Below are positions 29,786-39,944 of a stretch of 64,000 nt of DNA, in pieces (position 1 is the stretch's first letter; each line of letters begins with the position of its first letter). Where the stretch lies: IMG/VR virus record IMGVR_UViG_3300024999_000095. One strand, written 5' to 3'. Source of the stretch: an uncultured virus (IMG/VR IMGVR_UViG_3300024999_000095). Taxonomy: Duplodnaviria > Heunggongvirae > Uroviricota > Caudoviricetes. Made by a program: the position numbers and the translations under genes. The notes under the pieces are model-generated. The model made no database searches and was not told the DNA's origin. It was given only the letters and a program-made list of their open reading frames with translations.

Positions 29786-30711
29786 TTATGCGCCGAGCCT
29801 CGTAATGTTAATTATATTCGGGGTTGCATCGTACCCACACTCTCTGGCTTTTGCCCTCATCATCTCATTTAACTCGGAAATATCCCCATCTCTCAACCAG
29901 GGCCGCACATCTATCGTCTGCGTACAATGGGCGTAGGAACTCCCAACGCTCCACACATACGTAATAGAATAGCTCGTCTTCCACCCACACGCTCTGGCAA
30001 CCCTGGCTATCAATCGTCTCACTATTTTGCCTCTTTACTGGGTTTAGCCTCAAAAGTATGCCCACACTTCGGACACTCAACCACATCACCCTGTTGAATG
30101 CTCACGTTACCGTAAAACAGGATCACGATGAACAGTATCCATCCCCAACCCGACAACCCCTGGCTAATCACCCATGCAGCGGCCCATATACACAGGGCGA
30201 ACGATAGGAAAAACGCAGTGTATACAATGGTTGCATTCATCAGTTATCAGTCTCCATAAACCCATCGCAAGCCTCAGCCCGCTCCACCATCATTTTCAGG
30301 AACCTCGCACACTCCCCGAATAGCGCATCTTCCCCAACCATTTCCAGCAGCAACGCAAACTCCACCTTGGCGTACTGCTTTATTGCCGCCCACTCTGCGT
30401 CATGGGGGGATGATGATTCTATTTCCTCAGCTTCGAGAATCATGTCTATCTGGTCGCTATCTAGGATGGTCGTCATTTGATCAGGATTCCGACATCAGGC
30501 AATCATCACACCTAAACCCGTTGATGGCGTGTTTCCCAAATGCAAAACAATAATCCTCAAGGTCTCCGGTCTCATCCGGGATGCACTCGGGAAGAAATGC
30601 CCTGCAAACCGCGATAGCGCTTTCTCCATCTTTCCTCCGCCAGCACATGATGGGGTCTAGCGGCTCAATTTTTATTGTGATCATTTCCCCAACCTCGCAT
30701 TTAGTTTCCAC
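29786..30711 (-). CDS. Run of four small hypothetical genes (29786-30022, 30022-30240 membrane + Zn-ribbon, 30240-30476, 30481-30711)
   Basis: Stop/start-coupled small ORFs. Confidence 0.5.
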
Positions 30712-30971
30712 TCAACAGGCATAAACGTAGCAATTGCCTTCCTTTTCTTGTCCCATATCGCCACGACAGAGACCCCTTTCACCTCTATCAGCCACATACT
30801 CCTATTGCTTGAGCACCTTTCTATAGGCTTCAACGGCTTACACTCTCCCACCTGTTCTTGTTTTGTTATGCACAGGCAAGCGTCTCGGTAAACGTGTCGG
30901 TTGAAAGGCATATCAAACCTTTCGCCCATCCTCCTGCTCGCGTGTTTCTTTAAAATCTTGTGTGTTCTCAT
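30681..30971 (-). CDS. Basic protein resembling BECR-fold (RelE/DUF4258-like) ribonucleases
   Basis: HASRRMGERF N-terminal helix, then beta strands ending ...VVAIWDKKRKAIATFM. Confidence 0.45.
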   Translation of the reverse strand: MRTHKILKKHASRRMGERFDMPFNRHVYRDACLCITKQEQVGECKPLKPIERCSSNRSMWLIEVKGVSVVAIWDKKRKAIATFMPVEWKLNARLGK

Positions 30972-30996
30972 TTACACATCAATTATCAAATTCAGC

Positions 30997-31107
30997 AACC
31001 CCCGGTTTTACCCGGGGGCGCATAGTAGCGGACCAGGCTACCTCAAAGACGACCCGCACCGAGCCAATCCCGGCGCAAGGTCAAGGAGCCTACACCAACT
31101 CCTTATG
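30997..31107 (-). ncRNA. Candidate structured small RNA/leader (four hairpins)
   Basis: AAGGAG/CTCCTT, GACC..GCGCCGGG/CTCGGTGC..GGTC, GGTAGC/GCTACT and CCCCCGG/CCGGGGG stems directly downstream of a promoter. Confidence 0.5.
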
Positions 31108-31113
31108 CAAGCC

Positions 31114-31142
31114 ATTATACAACATTTGGTAGTATCGTGCAA
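31114..31142 (-). promoter_or_regulatory. Sigma70-type promoter
   Basis: TTGCAC-17 nt-TATAAT. Confidence 0.75.
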
Positions 31143-31196
31143 CACAAACCGCTATATATTGTGCTTTAAAAATAATTCACCCGATGAAAAATAATC

Positions 31197-31225
31197 TTGA
31201 CACATGCCCCATTGTCGCATATATT
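31197..31225 (+). promoter_or_regulatory. Sigma70-type promoter with an imperfect palindrome in the spacer
   Basis: TTGACA-17 nt-TATATT; ATGCCCCATTGTCGCAT (ATGCnnCAnTGnnGCAT) at 31204-31220. Confidence 0.75.
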
Positions 31226-31271
31226 AAAGGTAACAGAACAGGATAGCGGCAATTAAGCCGGTGAATAGGAG

Positions 31272-31484
31272 ATGGTCATGAGCTACGGATTAACAATAGT
31301 TGCGGCAGAAAGGATTCACCCCTACTTTACGGCATCCCCGTTCTTCCCTGACGATCCCCGCGCCGCTTGGGAAGATGGAAAGAGGAAATACATTGCCGTC
31401 CTTACAGGTGCAATCAAAAAGGCTGAGGCTGTTACCATAGAGGAATATTGCAGGATAACCGGCTCGAACATTCTGGAAGAGTAG
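31272..31484 (+). CDS. Small hypothetical protein, first gene of the plus-strand island
   Basis: SD AGGAG; downstream of the promoter. Confidence 0.6.
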   Translation: MVMSYGLTIVAAERIHPYFTASPFFPDDPRAAWEDGKRKYIAVLTGAIKKAEAVTIEEYCRITGSNILEE

Positions 31485-31488
31485 AACT

Positions 31489-31869
31489 ATGACCAAGGAT
31501 GAATTAAAAGCCATCCGCCACGCCCTACGCCTGAACGCCGCCGATTTCGGTGCCAGGGTAGGCGTGAGCGGTCGGGCGGTCGAGAAATGGGAGCAGGGTG
31601 TCAGGAAGATCCCGCGCCCTGTGGAGATGCTGATTAACTTACTCAAGGAGAACACCATGACAACCCGTGACCAGAATGGCAACATAGTAACCAAGTCAGT
31701 CCGCAAAGAGAAAAACGGTTGGAGTGCTACAGTGTGGTTTGGTGGTGCGATGGGACCGGCTACCAACGTCCGCCGATATCTCTACTCTACCAAGCGGCAG
31801 GCGTATAACTCTGATGTGTCTGATACTATCGGAGTTAATGGCAAGATTGGCGTTGTTGATGAGGATTGA
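31489..31869 (+). CDS. XRE-family HTH protein fused to a second domain that has an internal start
   Basis: ELKAIRHALRLNAADFGARVGVSGRAVEKWEQG HTH; in-frame AAGGAGAACACC-ATG at 31657. Confidence 0.75.
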   Translation: MTKDELKAIRHALRLNAADFGARVGVSGRAVEKWEQGVRKIPRPVEMLINLLKENTMTTRDQNGNIVTKSVRKEKNGWSATVWFGGAMGPATNVRRYLYSTKRQAYNSDVSDTIGVNGKIGVVDED

Positions 31870-31870
31870 C

Positions 31871-32235
31871 ATGAGACTCTACGGTCAAGCGGCGATCTAC
31901 TACGCCGACAACAACGGCCACTATCTCAGCACCGCCGACCGGGACGATGTAACCATACCGGAGGCTCGGCGGATTGCTGAGGTTGACCCTGAACTGATTT
32001 GGATTGATACTTGGGGGGACTAACGATGAGAAACGAATGGCCGGGAGGATATCGACACGCAATGGACCAGAGCGACCATGAACGATGGAACGCCTCACAC
32101 TACCCAGGCACACGGCAGATATGCCATAACTGTGGTGCGCCAACTGGGTTTTGCGAAGAGGACGGGTATCATGATGATGATGGATATCCTTACTGCGACG
32201 AATGCGCTACTGAGGCAGGATTAAAGGGCGCGTGA
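31871..32235 (+). CDS. Two small acidic proteins (31871-32023, 50 aa; 32026-32235, Zn-finger-like)
   Basis: SD GAGG and GGGGGG; CHNC/CDEC motifs in the second. Confidence 0.55.
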
Positions 32236-32245
32236 ATATTCCCCA

Positions 32246-32274
32246 TTGCCGCCGACCATCCCGGAAGGCGGCAA
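32246..32274. terminator. Hairpin between convergent transcription units
   Basis: TTGCCGCC...GGCGGCAA inverted repeat. Confidence 0.5.
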
Positions 32275-32686
32275 GTCATTCAAGCATCCCTAATAACCTT
32301 TTTTGATACACAGATATTAAATCGTCTATATTTTTGGCATCCTTTTCCTCAGCCTTATCCACAGCCCGCGCAGCATCCCGCAGACACCGAGCCAACCCCT
32401 TGCGCCTATCGTGCTGGAACTCCGTCACCACATCCCGGTTAATCCCCACCGTGTACGTGCATACGCCGTCTGCTGGTCCGCATTTGTTTATGATTGCTAT
32501 CATTTTCTCATCCCCATCATCTTGAATAGATCCTCAACCACCTCGCACGATTCCCCAGGCTTCCCCTGCCGCTCGACAATGCCCTCTATCTCGGAGCACC
32601 GCTTGCAGATACACACAGTGCCTGGGATGAGCTTCGTGCCCGTTGCCAAGCGCATTACTACTCGGTCGCAGTAGTGGCACAGAATC

Positions 32687-32950
32687 TCACGCATCTGGAT
32701 ACTCCAACTCGATCAGCATCTGAATATTGTGTATAGCCTTTTCCAGATCCTGCCGCCCGTTCTTTACCCTGTGCCGACACACGTATTTGATGACACACGA
32801 CTCAGCAAACGTCAGCCTATTCCTCTGGCAGAACTCCCACGGCTGGATTGCCATGTCTTTGTAGTGTCCGCCGCCGACCTGAATGTCAAGCGCACTCCCC
32901 CTTGCAGGCTTCTCTTCCCAGTCCATACACAGATCATCTAGTCCGTCCAT
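32687..32950 (-). CDS. DUF3310-like phage protein
   Basis: QVGGGHY...QPWEF...VIKYVCR...KNGRQDLEKA motif. Confidence 0.8.
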   Translation of the reverse strand: MDGLDDLCMDWEEKPARGSALDIQVGGGHYKDMAIQPWEFCQRNRLTFAESCVIKYVCRHRVKNGRQDLEKAIHNIQMLIELEYPDA

Positions 32951-34018
32951 TTTCTTTACCCCATCTCGGATTTCTCTGGAAGCCCACCACCAGGCCGTTG
33001 TATAACACATTTCCCCACCTCTTATGATAAGCCTCAGCCATAACAAAGCCATTCCACACCGCTACCAGTATCGTCACCCACACGGGAGCGTCTACCATTG
33101 CGAGGATAGCGCCGATGACGAACGATGTGCCTATGATCACCGGGGGCACGACGACTAGCCACCTCAGCCAGTATCTACTCATCCCCATCCTCCCGATGCC
33201 GCACCCGAAACATTTTATGACCACCAGTGCTTTGCGCCTCAAACTGTGCCACAGCAGCATGGGCAATCGACTCGTCCACGTATTTCCCGCGTAACCGCCA
33301 TTCCTCGTTGACCCAATCCGGGCAATGTCTCCAGCTACTCATCTCCCCGATATAGTCATCGGTATATCTTTCCTCGACCCACCACGGCCTATCCCGCTTC
33401 TTCTTCGGTGTCCCGTTGCTTGGGAGGTCGGGGGCTGGAATTTGTCTGAAATCTTTGATCTTCGATTTCTCTGCCTTCGCCCGCTTATCAGACATTGGCA
33501 CAGCCGTACTCGTTCTCATACTCCCGCATAGCCCGGATGATGCTGGCTGAGTGATAGCCGCAACCGAGCATGGCACGGAATACCAGATCAATGATGCTGT
33601 CCGCATCTTCCGGTTGGGTGTCTTCTGAGATGTTCGATGCCTTCGATGCCGTGTCGAGTGTTACAATTTTTACTGATGCCATTACGATATCTCCTTGCGG
33701 ATATCCTCAGCAAATGACTCAAAAACAGCCATCAAAATCGACGGAGTGTCAGAAATCCATTCCTCATGGCCTGGCCCCATCTTGTCCGTCAGCCACTGCA
33801 AGAAATCACCGTAATTATCCCACCCGCTATTCCCTCTATCCCAAGGCATAGTAGTCCCTTTCATGACTGAGGGGCTAATTCCGCACCCTTCCGCCCCATC
33901 TAATTTCTTTAGCCACCTCCACCCAGTTCCCTCGTTGCATTGCGCCCCGCACTTATCACAATCCCAATCGTTGCGACCCTCCATAACCGATTCTCCGCAA
34001 AAGTCGCACTTCAGAACA

Positions 34019-34891
34019 TCACACCCCATTATGTGCCTCCTGCATAGCCTGCCGTTGCATCCACAACGAGTTTTTGTATATCTCAGGATATTTCCCCTCA
34101 ACGAATTTCCACAACCTCATCCCCTCGTATCTCCTGCAAAGATAATCGAGACTTACCTCCATCAGCCCGTAGTCACCGTCGATAGCCTCATGCAGCATGA
34201 ACACGCCGCGCCACTCACTATTCCCCTGCGGGCCTCGATAGTCCTCATCATGCAGATATGCCGCACCACATATCAGCCCACGAATCCGCCTGCCGTTATT
34301 GAGCGACCGAGTACCGACCATGTAGGTCTGCTGGTGCCCCTGAACAAAGGAAAAGTTGATATTTTTTAGCCTGGTATCAATGCTCGTTCCCCCGTATGGC
34401 CTGCCTGACATTGGATTGTAGTAGTAGTGGCAGAATGATATACCAGAGATGACAACGGGCTTCAGATACTCATGCACCACCCAACCGTGAGCCTCGTAGT
34501 TCAGGTCATCCAACCCTATCACTCCCTCCATCTTAGCATCACCATCGACGGCTCGCTGGATTCTGTTTTCGTGATTCCCGAGCGTCAAGTGTTTCTCAGG
34601 ACGATACAGTTTCTCCTTTCGCTCCTTCCTGGTTGCGTTGTACTCGTCAAGCGGTTTCATGAGCCTATCCATAGCCATATTCGCCGCGCCTACGTCTGCC
34701 ATGTATCTGCGCCCCTCATGCTGGCGCTTGCCGTAATCGTATGACGACAGGCTTGCCATGTCTGCGAAATCTCCCAACTGAACCACAACGTCTGGCTTCT
34801 TCTCCACGATGTATTTGCCAACCCATGACAGATGGTCAGTGGGGCATTCGGGAGTAATTTGCAGGTCGGGGATTACGCAGATTTTCTTCAT
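34019..34891 (-). CDS. Calcineurin-like metallophosphoesterase
   Basis: IPDLQ, LGDFAD, GNHE, GH motifs. Confidence 0.85.
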   Translation of the reverse strand: MKKICVIPDLQITPECPTDHLSWVGKYIVEKKPDVVVQLGDFADMASLSSYDYGKRQHEGRRYMADVGAANMAMDRLMKPLDEYNATRKERKEKLYRPEKHLTLGNHENRIQRAVDGDAKMEGVIGLDDLNYEAHGWVVHEYLKPVVISGISFCHYYYNPMSGRPYGGTSIDTRLKNINFSFVQGHQQTYMVGTRSLNNGRRIRGLICGAAYLHDEDYRGPQGNSEWRGVFMLHEAIDGDYGLMEVSLDYLCRRYEGMRLWKFVEGKYPEIYKNSLWMQRQAMQEAHNGV

Positions 34892-35650
34892 GCGTTCATC
34901 TCTCTCAGAGATTTGGCAATGTCGTCAGTGACGGAGTGATGCCCTACACCCGACCTGACAGCCCGCTCCGCGATATCTTCCCAACTCATCGGCACACCTG
35001 ACCGCGCCTTGCTCATTAAGCGGCAACAGAAGTTGAGCAGCGCCTTAAAATCCTTGTTCTGGTACGCTCCCTCTTGCGGAAAATGTGCAATTATGGATGT
35101 GTCGGAGATGGTCAGGTAGATATTCTCACCGGCTAGGGAGATCCGGCACCGCTTACATGGTTCGCTCTCAATTTCTGCCATCACCACCTCCGAGTTATAA
35201 CCCGAGCATACACCATAGCATCTTTCCACGTGTCGCCCTGTAGCCAGTATTTGATTGCTAGGATGTACGTCCTCATGGGCTACTCCAGTCCTATCGCAAA
35301 CCGCCAGCCTTCCGTCCCAAAATAATCATCGTTATCGGCATCCTCCAAAAGCCCTTCTATAACTGACACGTATGTCAAGAAATCTTGCAGTTCCTTCTGT
35401 GTAGCTGCCGCAACGAGCATCTTCCCTCTGATCATGTCAAGTTCGCTTTCGGTCCTCAGTTTCATTTCGTCACCTCAATAGTCCGTGATATAACAAAAGT
35501 TATATAATACCCGCTATCTGCCTCGCAGTCGTAGCCCTCTGCCTCGCACTCAGCCTTGGATCTCATGCTGGCACTGGCATCGTCTGAGTAATCCCATAGC
35601 AGGTTCAGCGCGGTTTGGATATCGTCTGGTAGGTTTATGAACATTTCCGC

Positions 35651-35935
35651 TTATTTCACTTGATCGTAAGTTTCCGCGAAAATATCAGGCTTGCATGGGT
35701 AGTTCTCGCCCCGGACCCCAGTAATAATCCAGTCGCCAGGGCATACTTCCTGCGCTCCGTCAAGGCCCTCAAGGGTTTTGATATCCCCATGATCTTCGGT
35801 GTGAAACCCGCATTTCTCGCATTTATTGTTGAAACACTCAGGCACGTTGCCACGGGCTTTGACGTTTGGATGATCACCAGCCTTAAACCACTGGTTTGCT
35901 TCAATCGGAATTGGTTTTTTCACATACTTTCCCAT
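35651..35935 (-). CDS. PGDYG-like phage protein
   Basis: KYVKKPIPIEA.QW...TLEG...PGDWIITGVRGENYPCKPDIF..TY. Confidence 0.7.
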   Translation of the reverse strand: MGKYVKKPIPIEANQWFKAGDHPNVKARGNVPECFNNKCEKCGFHTEDHGDIKTLEGLDGAQEVCPGDWIITGVRGENYPCKPDIFAETYDQVK

Positions 35936-36309
35936 ACTCTTACCCCCGTTGATTTAACCTCAACCACAGCATCATTGCAAAATTAGCTATATCAACCAGT
36001 ACCTTATGCTGAACTTCATGCCCGCGCACTACCACATGAGCCGCATTGGTCAGCAACCTAACAGGAACATCGAAGTTATGAAAAGCCCCGCAATCCCACC
36101 CGCGAAAACCTTGTTTATGTTTCTGCACCATCCTGTCTTTCATTGCCTGCGAGAATCTGTCAATTGCATTGTAATAATCATCTTTCGCCGACATTTTGCC
36201 CTCCATCAATAAGTTAATGTTCCGCTCTATTGAAATTCACACCACTCTACCACAGAATGCGGTATCTTGCAACGATAAACCTGCATGTGGTGGGGTTGGT
36301 GGTGTTTTC

Positions 36310-38652
36310 CTAACCTTGTAATCCGCATTGCGCCTCCGCTTTCTCGCGCTGTTTGTTGCGCCTGATTATTGAGTGAGTTATGAAATTCTTGACATCATCG
36401 GTGATCGGCCCGACCGCACCCCATTCAATCCCTGACGGTGGCTCAGTGCCGAATTTGTTCTTGTACATCTTCAGGGCGGTCCCGAAACATCCCTTGCGGC
36501 CTGGTGTCCATCCCCGGTCCCTGCACCATTGATTCAACCCGGAAAGAAATTCCTGCTTTGCGGCAACGGTGTACTCTTTCCGTGCGGATTTACTCAGCTT
36601 CTCAAGTTCCCCTTCGTCGGTTTCGACATCCTCAGCAAAACTCGGTATCAGCCCACAGGCAGGACATTTCCGCACCCCTGCCGGTTTCAGGAAGTCACAG
36701 GACGGGCAGCGTTTCGGCAATGGCTCATCTTTCTCGTCTGCTTTCTTCTTGTCGCTCTTGCCAGCTTTTTTCTTGCCATCATCAAGCACGGTCGGCAGTT
36801 GAGCATCGACAAACCCTAGCCGCTCGTGATTCCCTGCATGGTCCAATATCAGGCACTGGGTTTTTCCATCAGCAACCCGCAACCCGCGCCCTACCTGCTG
36901 GATATGCACCATCAGACTTTTCGTCGGTCGGGCCTGGATGATGCAGGAAACTTCAGGATAATCAAAGCCCTTCGTGAGGATATCGACATTACAGAGTACC
37001 GTTGTCTCGCCGCTCTTGAACCTGCCGATTACATCAGCCCTTGACTCATCCTCTGCCAGTTTGCCGGTGTAGCAGTCGATATGATCAGCGGACACTCTGT
37101 GCTTCTGGAACTCCCGCACCAGATGCCGGGAATGCGCCCGATTGGTGGCAAAGCAGATGGTCTGCCGTCCTTTCCCCAGTTTCAGCCATGTCTCGACTAT
37201 ATCAGCAACGAGCTTCGGTTTGTCGGCACGTTCTCCTAGTTCCTGTGGGTCGAAGTCACCAGCAACGGTCTTAATACCAGATACATCAATCGTCTTCGGG
37301 CCGTATGCCTCAAAATCAGCTAGGTAGCCCTGGTCGATCAGGAAGCGGGTCGATACTGGATGTACCATTCCGTCAAAATGCTTGCCCATCCCCTTAGCGA
37401 AAGGCGTAGCACTCAACCCTACAACATGACCGTCATTCGCTCTCATCAGGTTGATATGTGCCTGGTGGAGCGCATGACAATTGTGTACTGCTACACCATT
37501 AGCGAAGTAAGAAGGGTGTCCACTGACGTGAAGGTTGTATACAGTCTTATTGCCTCCTCGTTCGACAATCGAAACACTTTCCACCCTTTTGATGCCAAAA
37601 AGTCCATCTTCTTCTGGTCTTGTCCTCTTCTTGTCTCCGTAGTATGACTCACACCATCTATTTCCACCCCTATCATTTTCCCTTTGTGGGCAATGTCCAT
37701 TTTGTAACAAGTTGGATAACCTTGCCCATCCCCCCTCATCCCTGTGGCCACAGCCACCTCTGCCTCCCACCCTTCCCCTAGAGCATGAAGGAGGGCCAAC
37801 TGTGGCAAAGGAAGCAAGCGCCCGTTCCCTCCTTGCTTTATAGGTCGATGTCGCATTTCTTTCAGCCGCTTGCTCACCTTTAGTCTCACGCTGTGGTTGC
37901 TCATCGGGTTCTTCAATTTCTTCGCACACGATATCGAGCAGCATTCTTGCAATTTCCAAGTCTTTTCCGAGCAAACGTCCTCTTTCCCATCCCTGCCTAT
38001 GCTCCTCCATGGGGTGAACGTCTTCCCACACCATACGCATTCCTTCGAGGCCGAAAGCGACCTGTCCGACCTCCAAGAGCCTTGCCTCTTTCCACCCTTC
38101 AGTTGTGAAAAACTTGTGACTTCCTGTACACTCTGTCTCAGTTCCATCCGTGAACCTCACTTTGTAAGTTTCTGAAACTGAACGGCAAAAAACTTTTTTT
38201 ACCGTTCCAGTCCCTATTTGGTTGTACACCTCATCCCCACACTGCAAGGAATCAATAGTTTTATCTCCATTGGGGGTTGAAATGATTGTGCTTCCGACAA
38301 AACATTCATCAATTACCAACAGATCAAAGTTCATGATCTTCCGCCGCGCAAGGGTTTGGATACTGCATACCTGCACGGGCAATTCGGGGAAAAAGTATGG
38401 ATGACTCGCCTGGATAACTCCGTGGTCAATATTGTCTTTGAAAAATCGTTCCGAGGTCTGGTTGATAAGTTCAATTCTATCGCAGACAAACAGACATTTC
38501 AGCCCCCTGGAAGATGCTTGCTGTATCATGTAACTCGCTATGTGGGTCTTGCCGCTGCCTGTCGGGAGCATGAGGACTTGTTTCTTGCCTGTGGTCCTGA
38601 ACCCTTCCCGAACCGCTTGAATGGCCTGTGATTGGTAATCCCGTAGATTCAT
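36310..38652 (-). CDS. SF2 DExH helicase (Res III/RadD-like) with a C-terminal Zn finger, containing an intein
   Basis: PTGSGKT, DE|CH restored by splicing, GLSATP, GFD.P, Q.VGRGLR, CPSC..CPAC. Confidence 0.9.
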   Translation of the reverse strand: MNLRDYQSQAIQAVREGFRTTGKKQVLMLPTGSGKTHIASYMIQQASSRGLKCLFVCDRIELINQTSERFFKDNIDHGVIQASHPYFFPELPVQVCSIQTLARRKIMNFDLLVIDECFVGSTIISTPNGDKTIDSLQCGDEVYNQIGTGTVKKVFCRSVSETYKVRFTDGTETECTGSHKFFTTEGWKEARLLEVGQVAFGLEGMRMVWEDVHPMEEHRQGWERGRLLGKDLEIARMLLDIVCEEIEEPDEQPQRETKGEQAAERNATSTYKARRERALASFATVGPPSCSRGRVGGRGGCGHRDEGGWARLSNLLQNGHCPQRENDRGGNRWCESYYGDKKRTRPEEDGLFGIKRVESVSIVERGGNKTVYNLHVSGHPSYFANGVAVHNCHALHQAHINLMRANDGHVVGLSATPFAKGMGKHFDGMVHPVSTRFLIDQGYLADFEAYGPKTIDVSGIKTVAGDFDPQELGERADKPKLVADIVETWLKLGKGRQTICFATNRAHSRHLVREFQKHRVSADHIDCYTGKLAEDESRADVIGRFKSGETTVLCNVDILTKGFDYPEVSCIIQARPTKSLMVHIQQVGRGLRVADGKTQCLILDHAGNHERLGFVDAQLPTVLDDGKKKAGKSDKKKADEKDEPLPKRCPSCDFLKPAGVRKCPACGLIPSFAEDVETDEGELEKLSKSARKEYTVAAKQEFLSGLNQWCRDRGWTPGRKGCFGTALKMYKNKFGTEPPSGIEWGAVGPITDDVKNFITHSIIRRNKQREKAEAQCGLQG
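37480..38304 (-). mobile_element. Intein (275 aa) in helicase motif II
   Basis: Starts CFVGSTIISTPNG, block B ECTGSHKF, ends VYNLHV...YFANGVAVHN|C. Confidence 0.92.
37491..38147 (-). CDS. Zn-finger + Vsr/DUF559-like endonuclease overprinted in the +1 frame inside the intein
   Basis: CVWCGKTF...CCSISCA, then YKMDIA...IGVEIDGVSH...QDQKKMDFLASKGWKVFRLSN; SD GAGGT upstream of the ATG. Confidence 0.8.
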   Translation of the reverse strand: MELRQSVQEVTSFSQLKGGKRQGSWRSDRSLSASKECVWCGKTFTPWRSIGRDGKEDVCSEKTWKLQECCSISCAKKLKNPMSNHSVRLKVSKRLKEMRHRPIKQGGNGRLLPLPQLALLHALGEGWEAEVAVATGMRGDGQGYPTCYKMDIAHKGKMIGVEIDGVSHTTETRRGQDQKKMDFLASKGWKVFRLSNEEAIRLYTTFTSVDTLLTSLMV

Positions 38653-39944
38653 GCGTATCTCCTAGCCGACCGCAACAGCAATTCAATCTCATGATCCGGC
38701 AAAGGGGGAGAGCAACCCTTGCCCCATTTCCACGCCTCAGACTCTACCTGATCCCAAGGCTTACGCCGCTTCACCATCCCGCCGACGAATTTCATCAGCC
38801 CATTATTCCGATTCCCTGCGACCGTCCCGTACTGCCCCTTATACTCGCTGTTCTCGTCGCTCTCGGTGTATCTCGGCTTTGACCATTGTTTCACCGGCTT
38901 AGGCGGGAATTTCGCTACCACTTCCGAGTAGTCAAGCGGTTCTTCGTAGCCTTCAAGGATTATACGGCTCAGGAACGCCTCACCCTTCTGATGCCAATAG
39001 CCGGGAACCCGCATCACCCGCGATGTGTCGTGAACCACCGGATCGCCGTTGAACATCTCCGCAAGTCGTTTCTGTGTGTCGCTGAATGCCTCAATCGGAA
39101 AGTCCTTGACGAACCAGTAACAGTGGAATTTACCTTGAGAAGTTTCAACCACCATGTGCGGGTTGTGCTTTAACACCGGCTCAAGCGGGCTACCGTCAAG
39201 GTCAACGAATATCGCCCGGATTCTGGTTATGTTCTCCTTTCGCCTCCCCTTGCCGTCCGTCTCGTTCACGGTCAGGAATATGCCGCCGCCGTAATAGTTG
39301 ATCTCCTCAAGTTTTGATGTGTCGTTATGGAATACCTTTGTGATACCGGGGCGTTTTTCCTTGCAGTCATCAAATGTTTGGAATGTCTTTATGCCAGGGA
39401 ACCGGCTTAGGAACCTGGCTCGGTGCCGCTCGATTTCTTCCTGTGTCATGCCGTCCTCCGATGGTCGTTTTTCGGTAAACCCACCCCTTAGTAATCCCCT
39501 GGTAGATAGTGGGTAACATTTCACCATAGGTGGCAAAATGTCACTCTCGGTGAGATGGTTGATTTTAGGGGCTTTGGTGGTTTCGGTGTGGCTAACTTGA
39601 GGTTTTTCAAGGGGTGTTTCATCATCGTCTCGCCGCCGATTATCCCAACCATAGAACACGTACTCACGCCCGACGATTTTCCCTGAATTATTTCTGACCA
39701 GTTCGATTCTCAGGACACCGAGCGAGATGAGAAACCTGATCGCGGCCTTCCACTTCCTCTCCCCGCAGCCGATGAATCTTTCCATCACATATTTTTTCCT
39801 GAAGATCCAACCGGTATTACTTTTCATCATGGCAAACATCCAGATTGATAAAGCCTCGATGTTACGTGCAAAAGATTCAAGTGCATCACCAGTCAGATAA
39901 AACCCGCTGGTTGTCTCGGTCCTTGCGCTGTAGTTATCGGCCAT
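38649..39944 (-). CDS. Primase (RepB DNA-primase-type) with PriCT-like C-terminus and N-terminal initiator-like region
   Basis: FVDLDG, VETSQGKFHCYW, D.SRVMRVPG, G.RNN.L...PPL...E motifs. Confidence 0.8.
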   Translation of the reverse strand: MADNYSARTETTSGFYLTGDALESFARNIEALSIWMFAMMKSNTGWIFRKKYVMERFIGCGERKWKAAIRFLISLGVLRIELVRNNSGKIVGREYVFYGWDNRRRDDDETPLEKPQVSHTETTKAPKINHLTESDILPPMVKCYPLSTRGLLRGGFTEKRPSEDGMTQEEIERHRARFLSRFPGIKTFQTFDDCKEKRPGITKVFHNDTSKLEEINYYGGGIFLTVNETDGKGRRKENITRIRAIFVDLDGSPLEPVLKHNPHMVVETSQGKFHCYWFVKDFPIEAFSDTQKRLAEMFNGDPVVHDTSRVMRVPGYWHQKGEAFLSRIILEGYEEPLDYSEVVAKFPPKPVKQWSKPRYTESDENSEYKGQYGTVAGNRNNGLMKFVGGMVKRRKPWDQVESEAWKWGKGCSPPLPDHEIELLLRSARRYA

